Program-made: the position numbers and the translations under genes
Part shown: piece by piece, positions 20,107-29,673 of the stretch
Layout: every line of letters starts with the position of its first letter
Numbering within the stretch: the first letter of the stretch is position 1
Virus record (IMG/VR): IMGVR_UViG_3300034072_000758
Location: 372,001-436,000 of that record
DNA: 64,000 nucleotides
Direction: 5' to 3' (one strand)
The notes under the pieces: generated by a model
What the model saw: the letters and a program-made list of their open reading frames with translations, nothing else
What the model was told of the DNA's origin: nothing
The model's database searches: none

Positions 20107-21018
20107 ATGGACTATATCTTCGACATCGATGGTACTATTGCGGACGTTAAGCACCGCTTACACTTCATCGAGAATGGTAATCGTGACTGGCCGGGGTTCT
20201 TCAAGGCCATGATTCACGACTCGCCTATCGTTGATATGTTTACGATGGCCCATGAATTGAAAAAGGCTGGCGGAAACATTTTGGTTTCGACCGCGCGCCC
20301 CGATGACTATCAGCAAGAGACTATCGACTGGATGGTTGCTTTGGGCTTCCCATACGACAAGCTGTATATGCGCGCGGCTGGTGACTTCCGCCGCGACAGC
20401 ATTGTCAAGGAAGAACTGCTGTTACAGATGGTTCAAGACGGCTATGATCCGAAGGTCGCATTCGATGACAAGGTTAATGTTATCGAAATGTACCGCAACA
20501 ACGGTCTGATCGCTTTACAGTGCGACGCTGACGCCGAGAAGATCAGCCCGTATGCTGGTCAAACTCTGCTTCACGTTCTGGTCGGGCCTTCGGGCGCGGG
20601 TAAGTCTACGTATATCGCCAAGAACTACAAGGAAACCGATGTGGTGTCTTCGGACGGCATTCGTCTCTGGTTGTTCGGTGATTTTGATACGGCGCATACC
20701 CCGGAAAATTTGAAGCGTACTTGGTCTACGGTCTATGCGTTCGTCGCTGCCCGTCTGGCGAATGGTATTTTCACGGTTCTCGATGCGACCAACATCAAGG
20801 CCAAGGATCGTCTGGAAGTTTTCAAGCATGTCCCCAAGGGCGTTCTCGTGAACTACATTCTGATTGATCGTCCTCTGGATGATAAGCTGCGGGATCGTGG
20901 CTGGCGTCCTGAGTCTTTGGTGTTGAAGCACCACAAGACTTTCCAGTCGTCCGTTAAGTCGGCTCTGGCTGGGGATGACCGCCCTGACGTGTTCGTATTC
21001 GATAAGCGTGAAAAGTAA
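20107..21018 (+). CDS. Polynucleotide 3'-phosphatase / 5'-kinase (Pnk-like, HAD then P-loop)
   Basis: FDIDGT HAD motif, RAAGDFRRDSIVKEE, FDD; GPSGAGKST and VLDATN kinase motifs. Confidence 0.85.
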   Translation: MDYIFDIDGTIADVKHRLHFIENGNRDWPGFFKAMIHDSPIVDMFTMAHELKKAGGNILVSTARPDDYQQETIDWMVALGFPYDKLYMRAAGDFRRDSIVKEELLLQMVQDGYDPKVAFDDKVNVIEMYRNNGLIALQCDADAEKISPYAGQTLLHVLVGPSGAGKSTYIAKNYKETDVVSSDGIRLWLFGDFDTAHTPENLKRTWSTVYAFVAARLANGIFTVLDATNIKAKDRLEVFKHVPKGVLVNYILIDRPLDDKLRDRGWRPESLVLKHHKTFQSSVKSALAGDDRPDVFVFDKREK

Positions 21019-22172
21019 TGTATATTTCGCAAGAACAGGTGGATGCCTATCTCGCCAAAGTGGATTTATCCGACAGCGAGAATGGTGTCCACGCCATCAA
21101 TATCATCAAGGACCGGGTTATTCAGGCAATTTCTGAATGGTCCGGCCTTGAACCGGCTGTGATTAATCCAGACCCAATCGTTGAAGTCTCAGATAACTTC
21201 GACAATTTGTATTATGACGAGAACGCCATCGCGCGTGACCCTCGTTATACGCATTATGTCGATGCTCACCACATTTTCCGTACCCAAATGACATCGGCTA
21301 TTCCGCCGTTCCTGAGAAAGTACGCCAGATCATACACGGGCCTCGACACATCCTTGTTCCTTGCGGCACACGGGCTGGTCTATCGCCGGGATGTTATCGA
21401 CCGCACCCATGTGGGTGAACCACACCAATTGGACCTATGGGTTCTGAATCGGTCGCGCCGCTTGAATCGGAATGATCTGGTGGATATGATCGGTGTGGTT
21501 TTGAACACATTGCTTCCCGGCTGTAAATATCGTTGTAATGAGACCTATCACCCATACACTATCAATGGTCTCGAAGTTGAAGTGTGGTTTGGTACGGAAA
21601 AGACAGGGCGGTGGGTGGAAGTATTAGAATGTGGTGAAGCGCACCCTTGGCTTCTGGACGATACCTATATGAACAGCAGACATGACCGTTGGACCGGCCT
21701 TGCTATGGGTATCGGTCTGGATCGTCTGTGTATGCTTCTCAAGGGCATTGATGACATTCGCCTGTTGCGCAGCACGGACCCTCGCGTGGCCGTTCAGATG
21801 GCGAACCTTAAGCCGTACAAGGGAGTCAGTAAGCAACCGGCCATCAACCGCGATATGTCTCTGTGCGTTCAAGAAGTCGATATGGAAAATATCGGCGGTC
21901 GTGTCCGTGAGGCTCTTGGCGAGCGCGCCGATTGGTTGGAAGAAATCGAGCTTCGTAAGGATTTCTCTTATGATGAAATACCCGATCAGGCGCGGGAGCG
22001 TCTGGGTATCCAACCGGGTCAGCGCAATATTCTGTTGCGTTTGATCCTGCGTTCCCCCACCGATAGCATTCCCAAAGAAATTGGGAATGAAATTTATGAC
22101 ATCGTATACCGAGTCATTAACGAAGGAGCCGGGGGATACGAAATAAAATACTCTGGAAAAGGAAAAGAATAA
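21018..22172 (+). CDS. Single-chain PheS-like class II ligase with C-terminal anticodon-binding (FDX-ACB-like) domain
   Basis: FRTQMTS; motif 2 GLVYRRDVIDRTH..PHQLD; HPYTINGLEVE; WVEVLECG; motif 3 GLAMGIGLDRLCML; C-terminal INRDMSL..LR.ILRS. Confidence 0.8.
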   Translation: MYISQEQVDAYLAKVDLSDSENGVHAINIIKDRVIQAISEWSGLEPAVINPDPIVEVSDNFDNLYYDENAIARDPRYTHYVDAHHIFRTQMTSAIPPFLRKYARSYTGLDTSLFLAAHGLVYRRDVIDRTHVGEPHQLDLWVLNRSRRLNRNDLVDMIGVVLNTLLPGCKYRCNETYHPYTINGLEVEVWFGTEKTGRWVEVLECGEAHPWLLDDTYMNSRHDRWTGLAMGIGLDRLCMLLKGIDDIRLLRSTDPRVAVQMANLKPYKGVSKQPAINRDMSLCVQEVDMENIGGRVREALGERADWLEEIELRKDFSYDEIPDQARERLGIQPGQRNILLRLILRSPTDSIPKEIGNEIYDIVYRVINEGAGGYEIKYSGKGKE

Positions 22173-22173
22173 T

Positions 22174-22578
22174 ATGTCTCAACCACCGTATGCTACGATT
22201 ACCGCTCACAAGGGTCACCTTGTCTGTGAACTTCTGGTAGATGGTGACGTTCCCGGTGCCGTAGCGTCCAGTATCAATAACCCCGGTCGTTTCGGTCAGG
22301 TTATCATGGACACCAGTATCCATCTGGGTATTTCGGCAGAAGCCGTTGCGCTTCTGAAAACGATCAAGCGCGGGAGGGACGCTATCGGTGATGTCGATTG
22401 GTTCACCACGGCGGACGGTAAGGCGGCGTTTTGTTGGATTGGTGGTCCAAAGGCTCTGATCCGAGTCGAAGGGGCTGTTGGTTCTCGTGAATATATCGGC
22501 GCTACTAATATCGAGGGTAAGTACGTGCTCGTAGCCAATGATGTTCCAGCCGAAGCCATAGAAGCCATCGAAGCATAG
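22174..22578 (+). CDS. Hypothetical protein
   Basis: 134-aa ORF closing the operon. Confidence 0.65.
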   Translation: MSQPPYATITAHKGHLVCELLVDGDVPGAVASSINNPGRFGQVIMDTSIHLGISAEAVALLKTIKRGRDAIGDVDWFTTADGKAAFCWIGGPKALIRVEGAVGSREYIGATNIEGKYVLVANDVPAEAIEAIEA

Positions 22579-22603
22579 AAAAAGCCCCTTTCGGGGCTTT
22601 TTT
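22579..22603. terminator. Bidirectional intrinsic terminator
   Basis: AAAAAGCCCC-TTTC-GGGGCTTTTTT between convergent genes. Confidence 0.85.
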
Positions 22604-22604
22604 G

Positions 22605-22880
22605 TTATCGTTTGGATCGGGATACGCTGCGAAGAGGATGTCGTTTTTTCGGGTGAACCCGGCGTTCGAGAAGTAGGGGCTTGCGCGCTTCGCCGTCATC
22701 GTACTTTTTATATTTAAAGATCGGCCCTTCAAAGTCGCGCTTAAATAGTTCGTCACGGATTACGATCCCCTCACGTCTTTCTTCGTTTATAACTTGAATG
22801 TCAGGATCGATTTTCGCCGTTTCTTGGCGAATGTGATCTAGTTCCTCAGCGGTAGCATTCTCAACAACAAAAATCTTCAT
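22605..22880 (-). CDS. Hypothetical protein
   Basis: GGAGG RBS before ATG 22880. Confidence 0.55.
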   Translation of the reverse strand: MKIFVVENATAEELDHIRQETAKIDPDIQVINEERREGIVIRDELFKRDFEGPIFKYKKYDDGEARKPLLLERRVHPKKRHPLRSVSRSKR

Positions 22881-23007
22881 GTGACCCTCCAACCAAATAA
22901 TATTCGTTACTCTATATTATATCTACAGATTGTCAAGTAATAATTCAGAAAAAAATTGATTTACTGTATTCCTCTAAGTTATACTTAAGAATCTTTGAGG
23001 ATAAAAT

Positions 23008-23739
23008 ATGAGTAATACTTTAGTAACCGCATGGTTTGATATTGGTAGAGTAAATTGGAACCAACACTCAAGAAGCGCGGAAGAATATATCGACCGATTT
23101 TCTAATCTAGCAAAGCTAGATACCAATTTGATAATTTACACTACCCGCAATTACGCGGGTAGACTTGAGAAGATCAGAGCCGATAACGGATTCTCGAATT
23201 TGACGAAAGTTGTAATCGTTGAATTTCCCGATCCAAAGTACGCCGATATATTAAAAGCTATTGAAGAAACCCAACAACATCCTGATTTCACTAAGCATTT
23301 AATGGCTGATGTTACAGGTCTCCCTCAGTATCAATATCCCGAATACGTGCTCGTTACTACCCTCAAGTCCTCATTCGTGGCGGATGCCATTGAACGTGGG
23401 TTAGTAACCACCGAACATGCCACTTGGGTAGATTTCGGCTTCATGGTGACACCATCAACTGAACTGGTTATCCCACCATTGTATCCTGAGCATATTTCAG
23501 CTTTTCCGCTCGAAGAAATCGCGGACCCGGATGCGTTCATTTATGACTCTATCGTCAATGCGTATTCAACACCGTCCACCAAATTATTCACAGCCCCGGT
23601 AACCATGTGGCGTTCATTATCAGATGAAATGCTTATTGCTTTGGAACTGGTGCTTGAAAATGGAATGGTGGCCAAAGATACCGTTCTGTTTTCCATTTGT
23701 AACATTAAATTCCCGCATGTTTTTGAGAGCAATCGATAA
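23008..23739 (+). CDS. HtrL/YibB-like glycosyltransferase-related protein
   Basis: TLVTAWFDIGR N-terminus; K..FVADAI; WVDFG. Confidence 0.65.
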   Translation: MSNTLVTAWFDIGRVNWNQHSRSAEEYIDRFSNLAKLDTNLIIYTTRNYAGRLEKIRADNGFSNLTKVVIVEFPDPKYADILKAIEETQQHPDFTKHLMADVTGLPQYQYPEYVLVTTLKSSFVADAIERGLVTTEHATWVDFGFMVTPSTELVIPPLYPEHISAFPLEEIADPDAFIYDSIVNAYSTPSTKLFTAPVTMWRSLSDEMLIALELVLENGMVAKDTVLFSICNIKFPHVFESNR

Positions 23740-25115
23740 TGAATAAGCTTGTAATATTTGATCTTGACGGTGTTTTGCTTGATAGCCGAGAACTCCATTA
23801 TGAATCGCTCAACGCGGCCTTAGCCAAGGTTGGCCAAGAATATATCATCACCCGCGACGAACACCTGAGCCTGTACGATGGCCTCAACACCACGAAGAAG
23901 CTTCGTATGCTCACCGAGCGTAAGGGCCTCCCAGCGGGCTTACACCAGCAAGTATGGGAAGACAAGCAAGCGGCCACCTTTGACCTGATCAAGCGCTTCC
24001 CACTGTCTCCCAAGGCCGTACAAGCGTGTCAGGAGATTAAGAAACGCGGCTGGAAGATCGCCGTGGCCTCCAACAGCATCCGCGAGACTGTAAAGCTGGC
24101 TTTGATGGCTATTGGTATCATGGAATATGTAGACGTGTTCGTAAGCAACGAAGACGTGACCCGGACGAAGCCTTACCCGGAAATGTATTGGCAAGCTATG
24201 ACCAAATTGAACGCCTTGCCCCGCAACACCATCATCTGTGAAGACTCACACATTGGCCGACAAGGCGCGCTGGATTCGGGTGCTAATCTGTTACCTATCG
24301 AAAATTCAGAGACTTGGACCGTCTCTGACATAACAAATCTTATTCAAGAAGTGGAAAACAAATCTATGGAACGCATTGCGTGGATTGATAAAAAGCTCAA
24401 CGTTCTTATCCCGATGGCGGGCGCTGGATCGCGCTTCGCCGATGCGGGCTATACCTTCCCTAAGCCTCTGATCGAGGTCCGTGGTAAGCCGATGATACAA
24501 GTGGTCGTTGAGAATCTTAACATACAAGCTAATTATATTTTCGTGGTCCAGAAAGCGCACTATGAAAAATATGATCTGGAACATGTGCTGAATAACATTG
24601 CCCCCGGCTGTAAGATTATTCAGACCGATGGCTTGACCGAAGGCGCTGCCTGTACTGCCCTGCTGGCCAAGGAATATATCGACAACGATGCCCCGCTGTT
24701 TTTTGCCAACTCGGATCAATTTGTGGAATGGAACAGCAATGAAGTCCTGTATGCCTTCAACGCGGATGGGATCGACGGTGGTATCGTTACGTTCGATGCC
24801 AATCACCCGAAATGGTCTTATGCCAAGGTAGGCGAAGATGGTTTTGTTTCGGAAGTTGCTGAGAAGAAAGTAATCTCCAACGATGCTACGGTCGGCTTCT
24901 ATTGGTGGAAACAAGGTTCGGATTTTGTAAAATATGCCGAACAAATGATAGAAAAGAATATCCGTGTCAACAATGAGTTCTATGTTTGCCCGGTATTTAA
25001 TCAGGCTATCGAAGACGGTAAGAAGATTCGTGTCAAGAAGACCGATGGTATGTGGGGGATCGGAACGCCGGAAGACCTCAACACCTTCTTGGAAAACTAC
25101 AAGGGTAAAATTTAA
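23739..25115 (+). CDS. Fused HAD phosphatase + sugar-nucleotidyltransferase
   Basis: FDLDGVL / KPYPE / EDS HAD motifs; IPMAGAGSRF...PKPLI nucleotidyltransferase motif; GIGTPEDL. Confidence 0.9.
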   Translation: MNKLVIFDLDGVLLDSRELHYESLNAALAKVGQEYIITRDEHLSLYDGLNTTKKLRMLTERKGLPAGLHQQVWEDKQAATFDLIKRFPLSPKAVQACQEIKKRGWKIAVASNSIRETVKLALMAIGIMEYVDVFVSNEDVTRTKPYPEMYWQAMTKLNALPRNTIICEDSHIGRQGALDSGANLLPIENSETWTVSDITNLIQEVENKSMERIAWIDKKLNVLIPMAGAGSRFADAGYTFPKPLIEVRGKPMIQVVVENLNIQANYIFVVQKAHYEKYDLEHVLNNIAPGCKIIQTDGLTEGAACTALLAKEYIDNDAPLFFANSDQFVEWNSNEVLYAFNADGIDGGIVTFDANHPKWSYAKVGEDGFVSEVAEKKVISNDATVGFYWWKQGSDFVKYAEQMIEKNIRVNNEFYVCPVFNQAIEDGKKIRVKKTDGMWGIGTPEDLNTFLENYKGKI

Positions 25116-25118
25116 CCC

Positions 25119-25856
25119 ATGAAAGTCGCCGTTCTATTTTATGGCCAACCTCGCTTCTGTAATGTTCTTGAATTGGTCAAGAACATTCAGGAGACGATCA
25201 TCAATAATGGTCATGATGTTGACGTGTATTCCCACTGCTGGTTTGAGCCGTCTGGGAGCTACACTGCTTCCACTTGGACCAACATGACCAGCACGACGAA
25301 AATGGTTCCAGACAACGCTATTGAGGTCATACGTAAGGAATATAAACCCGTTCGTATGCTGATCGATAAGCCACAGACATTCACGATTGATCCTGAAATA
25401 CTGGCATTCATCAATGATCCGGCTAAACACTGGAACCATGTCGGTGTTCCGTGGAACCAAAATATTTCAAATGTTCTCAGTCAGCTTAAAAGTGTTCAGA
25501 ACGTTTCTCGATTAGTTGATGATAGCTATGATTGGTATATTTTGGCTCGCTATGATGCTATCATTAAGAACTTTCCAGACCTGAATACTTGTGATCCTTC
25601 TTTGTTCTATTTGAACAATGTACATCATAAAATGCCAGATATGATCCAATTGTTTAGCAAGAAGTATCTGACTTGGGCGCAGAATGTATTCGATGATCAT
25701 AAGCAAGTTTATACCAATCTGATCGAACCCAGCCCCGAAGGCTTTAAACTTGCCGCTTTTGAAAAATATCACACGCGCCAAGACCTTAATCCTACAAATA
25801 TGAGGGCTTACGCCCTTCGAATACAAGGCGATCAGTTGGTCGTTCAATGGAATTAA
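25119..25856 (+). CDS. Putative glycosyltransferase-like protein
   Basis: MKVAVLFYGQPR, DVYSHCW and YDWYILARYD motifs typical of polysaccharide-locus proteins. Confidence 0.55.
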   Translation: MKVAVLFYGQPRFCNVLELVKNIQETIINNGHDVDVYSHCWFEPSGSYTASTWTNMTSTTKMVPDNAIEVIRKEYKPVRMLIDKPQTFTIDPEILAFINDPAKHWNHVGVPWNQNISNVLSQLKSVQNVSRLVDDSYDWYILARYDAIIKNFPDLNTCDPSLFYLNNVHHKMPDMIQLFSKKYLTWAQNVFDDHKQVYTNLIEPSPEGFKLAAFEKYHTRQDLNPTNMRAYALRIQGDQLVVQWN

Positions 25857-25873
25857 TATATAGGAAATATAAT

Positions 25874-26128
25874 ATGAGAATAAAAATTGGAAACACTTGG
25901 TTCAGCCCAAAAGATCATGCGATCATGGTTGAACTTACAGACGCTGACAAAGAAAATATCGCGGCCATGCCAGAAGAAGCACACAAGTATGCTCAATTTC
26001 CCGACACTGATTTGTCGTCTGCGGATGATAAAAGAGCGTGGATGCGTGATGAACTAGAAATCGTTGAATCGATTTACATGAAAGCAAACGTGAATACCAC
26101 GACCAGTTATAAGTTGGACCGGTCATGA
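25874..26128 (+). CDS. Hypothetical protein
   Basis: AGGA RBS before ATG 25874. Confidence 0.55.
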   Translation: MRIKIGNTWFSPKDHAIMVELTDADKENIAAMPEEAHKYAQFPDTDLSSADDKRAWMRDELEIVESIYMKANVNTTTSYKLDRS

Positions 26129-26583
26129 TACTCATTGCTCACCGTGGATTATTCGAAGGACCGAATGAAAACCTAGAGAATACCCCCGAACAGATCGTCA
26201 CGGCTTTGTATGAAGGATACCATGCTGAGATCGATGTTTGGTACGAAGATGGCACTTGGTGGCTGGGGCATGATGCTCCGCAATATGAAACCACTTATGA
26301 TTTCCTTTCACAAGATGGTCTCTGGATACATTGTAAAAATATGGAGGCTGCTAGTAAGCTCGCTCTCGACCCCACAAAACATATCTTCTACCACAACACG
26401 GATGCCTTGACCCTGACATCCAAAAGTATTTTGTGGACCTATCCCGGCCAACAGTTGTTTGGCAATAGCATTTGGGTACAGCCGGAATGGGAACGCGGGT
26501 GGGAAGATCATGTCACGAAAACAAATTGCTTTGGTATATGCTCCAAGCATGTTCAAAAGATAAGAGCCATCCTCAGAAAGTAA
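26125..26583 (+). CDS. Glycerophosphodiester phosphodiesterase / PLC-like protein
   Basis: IAHRG...ENT...EIDV...LGHD...WIHCKN. Confidence 0.8.
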   Translation: MILIAHRGLFEGPNENLENTPEQIVTALYEGYHAEIDVWYEDGTWWLGHDAPQYETTYDFLSQDGLWIHCKNMEAASKLALDPTKHIFYHNTDALTLTSKSILWTYPGQQLFGNSIWVQPEWERGWEDHVTKTNCFGICSKHVQKIRAILRK

Positions 26584-26584
26584 G

Positions 26585-26610
26585 AAAGCCGCCCCAGAAG
26601 GGCGGCTTTT
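26585..26610. terminator. Bidirectional intrinsic terminator
   Basis: AAAGCCGCCC-CAGAA-GGGCGGCTTTT. Confidence 0.85.
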
Positions 26611-26611
26611 A

Positions 26612-27454
26612 TTATGCGGCGACCTTTTCTTTGACCAGTGCCGGTCGTTCGAGAACCGTTTGACATTGGCCATTGTATTCGTCGTGTTCCTTGACCGTGC
26701 CTTTCAGCTTGATCACCTTACCCAGATCATTTCTGTCCGGCGAGAACGATACGCTCTTGATCACATAGCAGACGCCGTTAGCATCTACCAGAGTGGTGAT
26801 GGATACCCACTCGGTCACCCCGAAGCGCATGTACGCTTGGCGATGATAGCCGCTGATACGGATGATGGTAGCCTCGATAGACAGGCGCTCGCCGACTTCA
26901 CCCACAGTTTTGAGGGGATCGGGCTTCGGTAGAAGAAGATGCGTGTATCGCGTGTTGATTTCCGTGCGCAGGACTTCCATAAGCGAATCGACTTCAAACG
27001 TGTCGCATTCCGATACCCATTGGATATAGCCCAGCGGGAGATTTTCGATGCGATAGCCTTTATACTTACCGAAAGAGACCAGACCTTGAAGAAGATCGTG
27101 ACGCAGGGACACTTCGCGGGCGGCGCGTTCGGCCTTCCAGCGAATTTCGCGTTCTTCGGCTTCCTTGGCACGACGCTCGCGTTCTTCCTTGTTGGCGCGG
27201 GTGATGTCGCGCAGTTCGCGTTCGATCAGGCTTTTTTCGTCGGCGCGCAGCGGAATGTCCGTGGTCAGCGAAATGACGATAGCCTTTTCGATAGCTAGAT
27301 CGAGATCGTTGGACAGATTTTGGAGGTGGAACGAGCGGACTTCGCGGCAAACTGTTCCGTTGCGCAGATGATACTCGTGAACATAGGTCTGGCGCAGGGT
27401 GAACAGAGCGTTCGTGGCACCGATGCTGATGAAGAGATTAGCGGTGAAAGCCAT
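26612..27454 (-). CDS. Hypothetical protein with FGKYKG motif and C-terminal OB-like domain
   Basis: SFGKYKG..I..LPLGYIQW; C-terminal K.TVKEH.EY.G..QT.L.R. Confidence 0.65.
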   Translation of the reverse strand: MAFTANLFISIGATNALFTLRQTYVHEYHLRNGTVCREVRSFHLQNLSNDLDLAIEKAIVISLTTDIPLRADEKSLIERELRDITRANKEERERRAKEAEEREIRWKAERAAREVSLRHDLLQGLVSFGKYKGYRIENLPLGYIQWVSECDTFEVDSLMEVLRTEINTRYTHLLLPKPDPLKTVGEVGERLSIEATIIRISGYHRQAYMRFGVTEWVSITTLVDANGVCYVIKSVSFSPDRNDLGKVIKLKGTVKEHDEYNGQCQTVLERPALVKEKVAA

Positions 27455-27521
27455 ATTTTATTCTCCTATCCAATATTCAATATGAACATCATACAGGAGT
27501 TTATGTTGTTGTCAAGACAAC

Positions 27522-27926
27522 CTATGCGTATTTTACCGCGAAAGCTGTAAGATAATTCTCAACATCTTCTGGTTTGGTTTTTTTGTAAATCTTTAAGGTT
27601 GTTTTCTTTCGGTCGAACTCGCATTGAAGAATATGAATAGCACCACCCTCGTAGTTCAAATAATATTCGTCGCAAGTGTAATCGAACAATTCCTCTACAT
27701 GGAAATCGAAAGATAGAAATAAATTGAATAGCTTTTTATGGATAATGGTTAGTTCCATACGCAAACCAGATATAAAATTCAATCGTAGTTGAACCTCGTC
27801 ATTAGATCGAATGATTACCGTTCTTCGATTGGATTTTCCATCCAGCCCATAAAAATTAACTTGTTCGTTGCCAGTGGTTTCCCACAAGTTGTAGATCAAC
27901 CTAGCTGTGATAAATGAGAAGCCCAT
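27522..27926 (-). CDS. Hypothetical protein
   Basis: 134-aa AT-rich ORF. Confidence 0.5.
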   Translation of the reverse strand: MGFSFITARLIYNLWETTGNEQVNFYGLDGKSNRRTVIIRSNDEVQLRLNFISGLRMELTIIHKKLFNLFLSFDFHVEELFDYTCDEYYLNYEGGAIHILQCEFDRKKTTLKIYKKTKPEDVENYLTAFAVKYA

Positions 27927-28074
27927 TGGGAAAACCTTGTTATTTTTCTCTTATTATTCCGATATTTAAGAGATAAATTCAGTATATGTCAAGTTGTAAT
28001 TCGGAAAAAACCACCCTAAACTAATAGCCTAAAAGTGTCTAAATATTTTAGACGAACAGTAAAATGAAAACAAA

Positions 28075-28314
28075 ATGGACATCATCAAGTTCCCAAAATC
28101 AGGTAAAAAACCCTTTGAAGTGACCAAGCTTGAAAAAGATAAGCTTATGACTTCATCGTCAATGACTTTTAGCTGTGACTGTGGAAATAAAATGGAAATT
28201 ACTACTTCACACATGCTGTTCAAGAACATGGAGTTCTATTGCCCCAACTGTGGGACCGCATATCGAATAAACAATCCCGCTTTCAAACAGCCTCCTAAAC
28301 CACCAATCAAGTAA
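28075..28314 (+). CDS. Small zinc-ribbon protein
   Basis: CDCG...CPNCG. Confidence 0.65.
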   Translation: MDIIKFPKSGKKPFEVTKLEKDKLMTSSSMTFSCDCGNKMEITTSHMLFKNMEFYCPNCGTAYRINNPAFKQPPKPPIK

Positions 28315-28660
28315 AGTCGCCGATTCCATATTTCTGGCAAAGAGCAATGAGAGCTTTTGCCCCAGCTTCCTTTGTGAAAGTTATATGGAAGTGTTCTACG
28401 CCATCACCCCAATCACCTCGATCAATAATCAGCGCGTGAGCATGAGCCGCAAGTACATCTTTTACTTCGGGCGACAATTCATACATTGCGCGAGTTATTT
28501 CATTATGTTCGGCTTTTATAGTTAGTGGATTGTCGAATGATGGGTCGATCATAAATTTCCATTTGGCTGGAATCACTTGCCTTTTGGTGTGCTCATAACT
28601 AACTCTTGACTTATTGATGTAGTCTATTTGTTCTTCTTTGCTCAAATCATTCCACCGCAT
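28307..28660 (-). CDS. Hypothetical protein
   Basis: 117-aa ORF with GAGG RBS. Confidence 0.55.
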   Translation of the reverse strand: MRWNDLSKEEQIDYINKSRVSYEHTKRQVIPAKWKFMIDPSFDNPLTIKAEHNEITRAMYELSPEVKDVLAAHAHALIIDRGDWGDGVEHFHITFTKEAGAKALIALCQKYGIGDFT

Positions 28661-28729
28661 AGCTACCTCTTTTAAATTGTGTTTTCATTTCTCATTAACT
28701 ATAATCACAATACACTATTGAGGTAAAAT

Positions 28730-29095
28730 ATGTCAATTCCTTCCTTCACACCAAATAGACAAACGGTTCAACTCAAGTCTTTCAAACCATTGCCTAACCG
28801 TTTGTTCGTCACCGATATGGACCGTGGCGAAAAAAAGACCAAGAGTGGTCTCATTGTCATCGATGATAACGGTACAGATCGTGGCATCCGCCCCCGCTGG
28901 GCTAAAGTCTGGGCTATCGGCGAAGGTGTTCAAGACATCGAAGTCGGTCAATGGATTTTGATTGAACATGGCCGCTGGTCATTCAAGATGACCTTCGAAT
29001 TTGAAGGTCAGGATGAAGCCGTAAATGTTTGGCAGGTTGACTATCTTGGCGATCATATTATGCTCGTGTCGGACACTCCACCACTGGAAGACTAA
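28730..29095 (+). CDS. GroES-like co-chaperonin
   Basis: FKPLPNRLFV...KTKSGLIV...AKVWAIGEG...EVGQ. Confidence 0.85.
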   Translation: MSIPSFTPNRQTVQLKSFKPLPNRLFVTDMDRGEKKTKSGLIVIDDNGTDRGIRPRWAKVWAIGEGVQDIEVGQWILIEHGRWSFKMTFEFEGQDEAVNVWQVDYLGDHIMLVSDTPPLED

Positions 29096-29673
29096 TGCTT
29101 CTGACCAATGATAATATTTGTATGTCAGGTGGCGCTATCGGCGCAGACCTCCAATGGGGCGCTATAGCTGGCTGTATGGGCCATACGGTGATCCATTGGG
29201 GGTTTGCTGGCCATCGAACAGATGCTCCCCCACAGGAGGTCGTGAAGCTTACGGACGAGCAATTGGATGTAGCTAACGAGCATTGTAAGCGAGCCAGCTT
29301 GTCTTTGAAGCGTTACTATCCGCCAAAAAGCGAGTTCGTTAAAAATTTACTTCGCCGTAATTATTATCAAATATGTGAGTCGGATAGGGTCTACGCTATT
29401 GCTGAGATCGTAGATAATCAGGTACAGGGCGGAACAGCTTGGGCCGTTCAAATGTTCATTGATAAGAACAATGGCGACGTTTGTGAAGTCTATGTGTTCG
29501 ACCAAGACCAAGATTGTTGGTTCATGTGGGGCGGAGCTATCTGGGTAGCCGTAGACCAACCTCCTACGCCTCACGGTGTTTGGGCGGGTATCGGTACTCG
29601 AAAGCTACGAGACAACGGTAAGAACGCCATCAGAGCCATTTTGGGATGGACAAAAGACAAAGCCCCCGCATAG
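29095..29673 (+). CDS. Putative SLOG-superfamily (DprA/YpsA-like) nucleotide-binding protein
   Basis: SGGAIGAD glycine loop, RRNY.QI, GGTAWAVQM, WAGIGTR. Confidence 0.5.
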   Translation: MLLTNDNICMSGGAIGADLQWGAIAGCMGHTVIHWGFAGHRTDAPPQEVVKLTDEQLDVANEHCKRASLSLKRYYPPKSEFVKNLLRRNYYQICESDRVYAIAEIVDNQVQGGTAWAVQMFIDKNNGDVCEVYVFDQDQDCWFMWGGAIWVAVDQPPTPHGVWAGIGTRKLRDNGKNAIRAILGWTKDKAPA

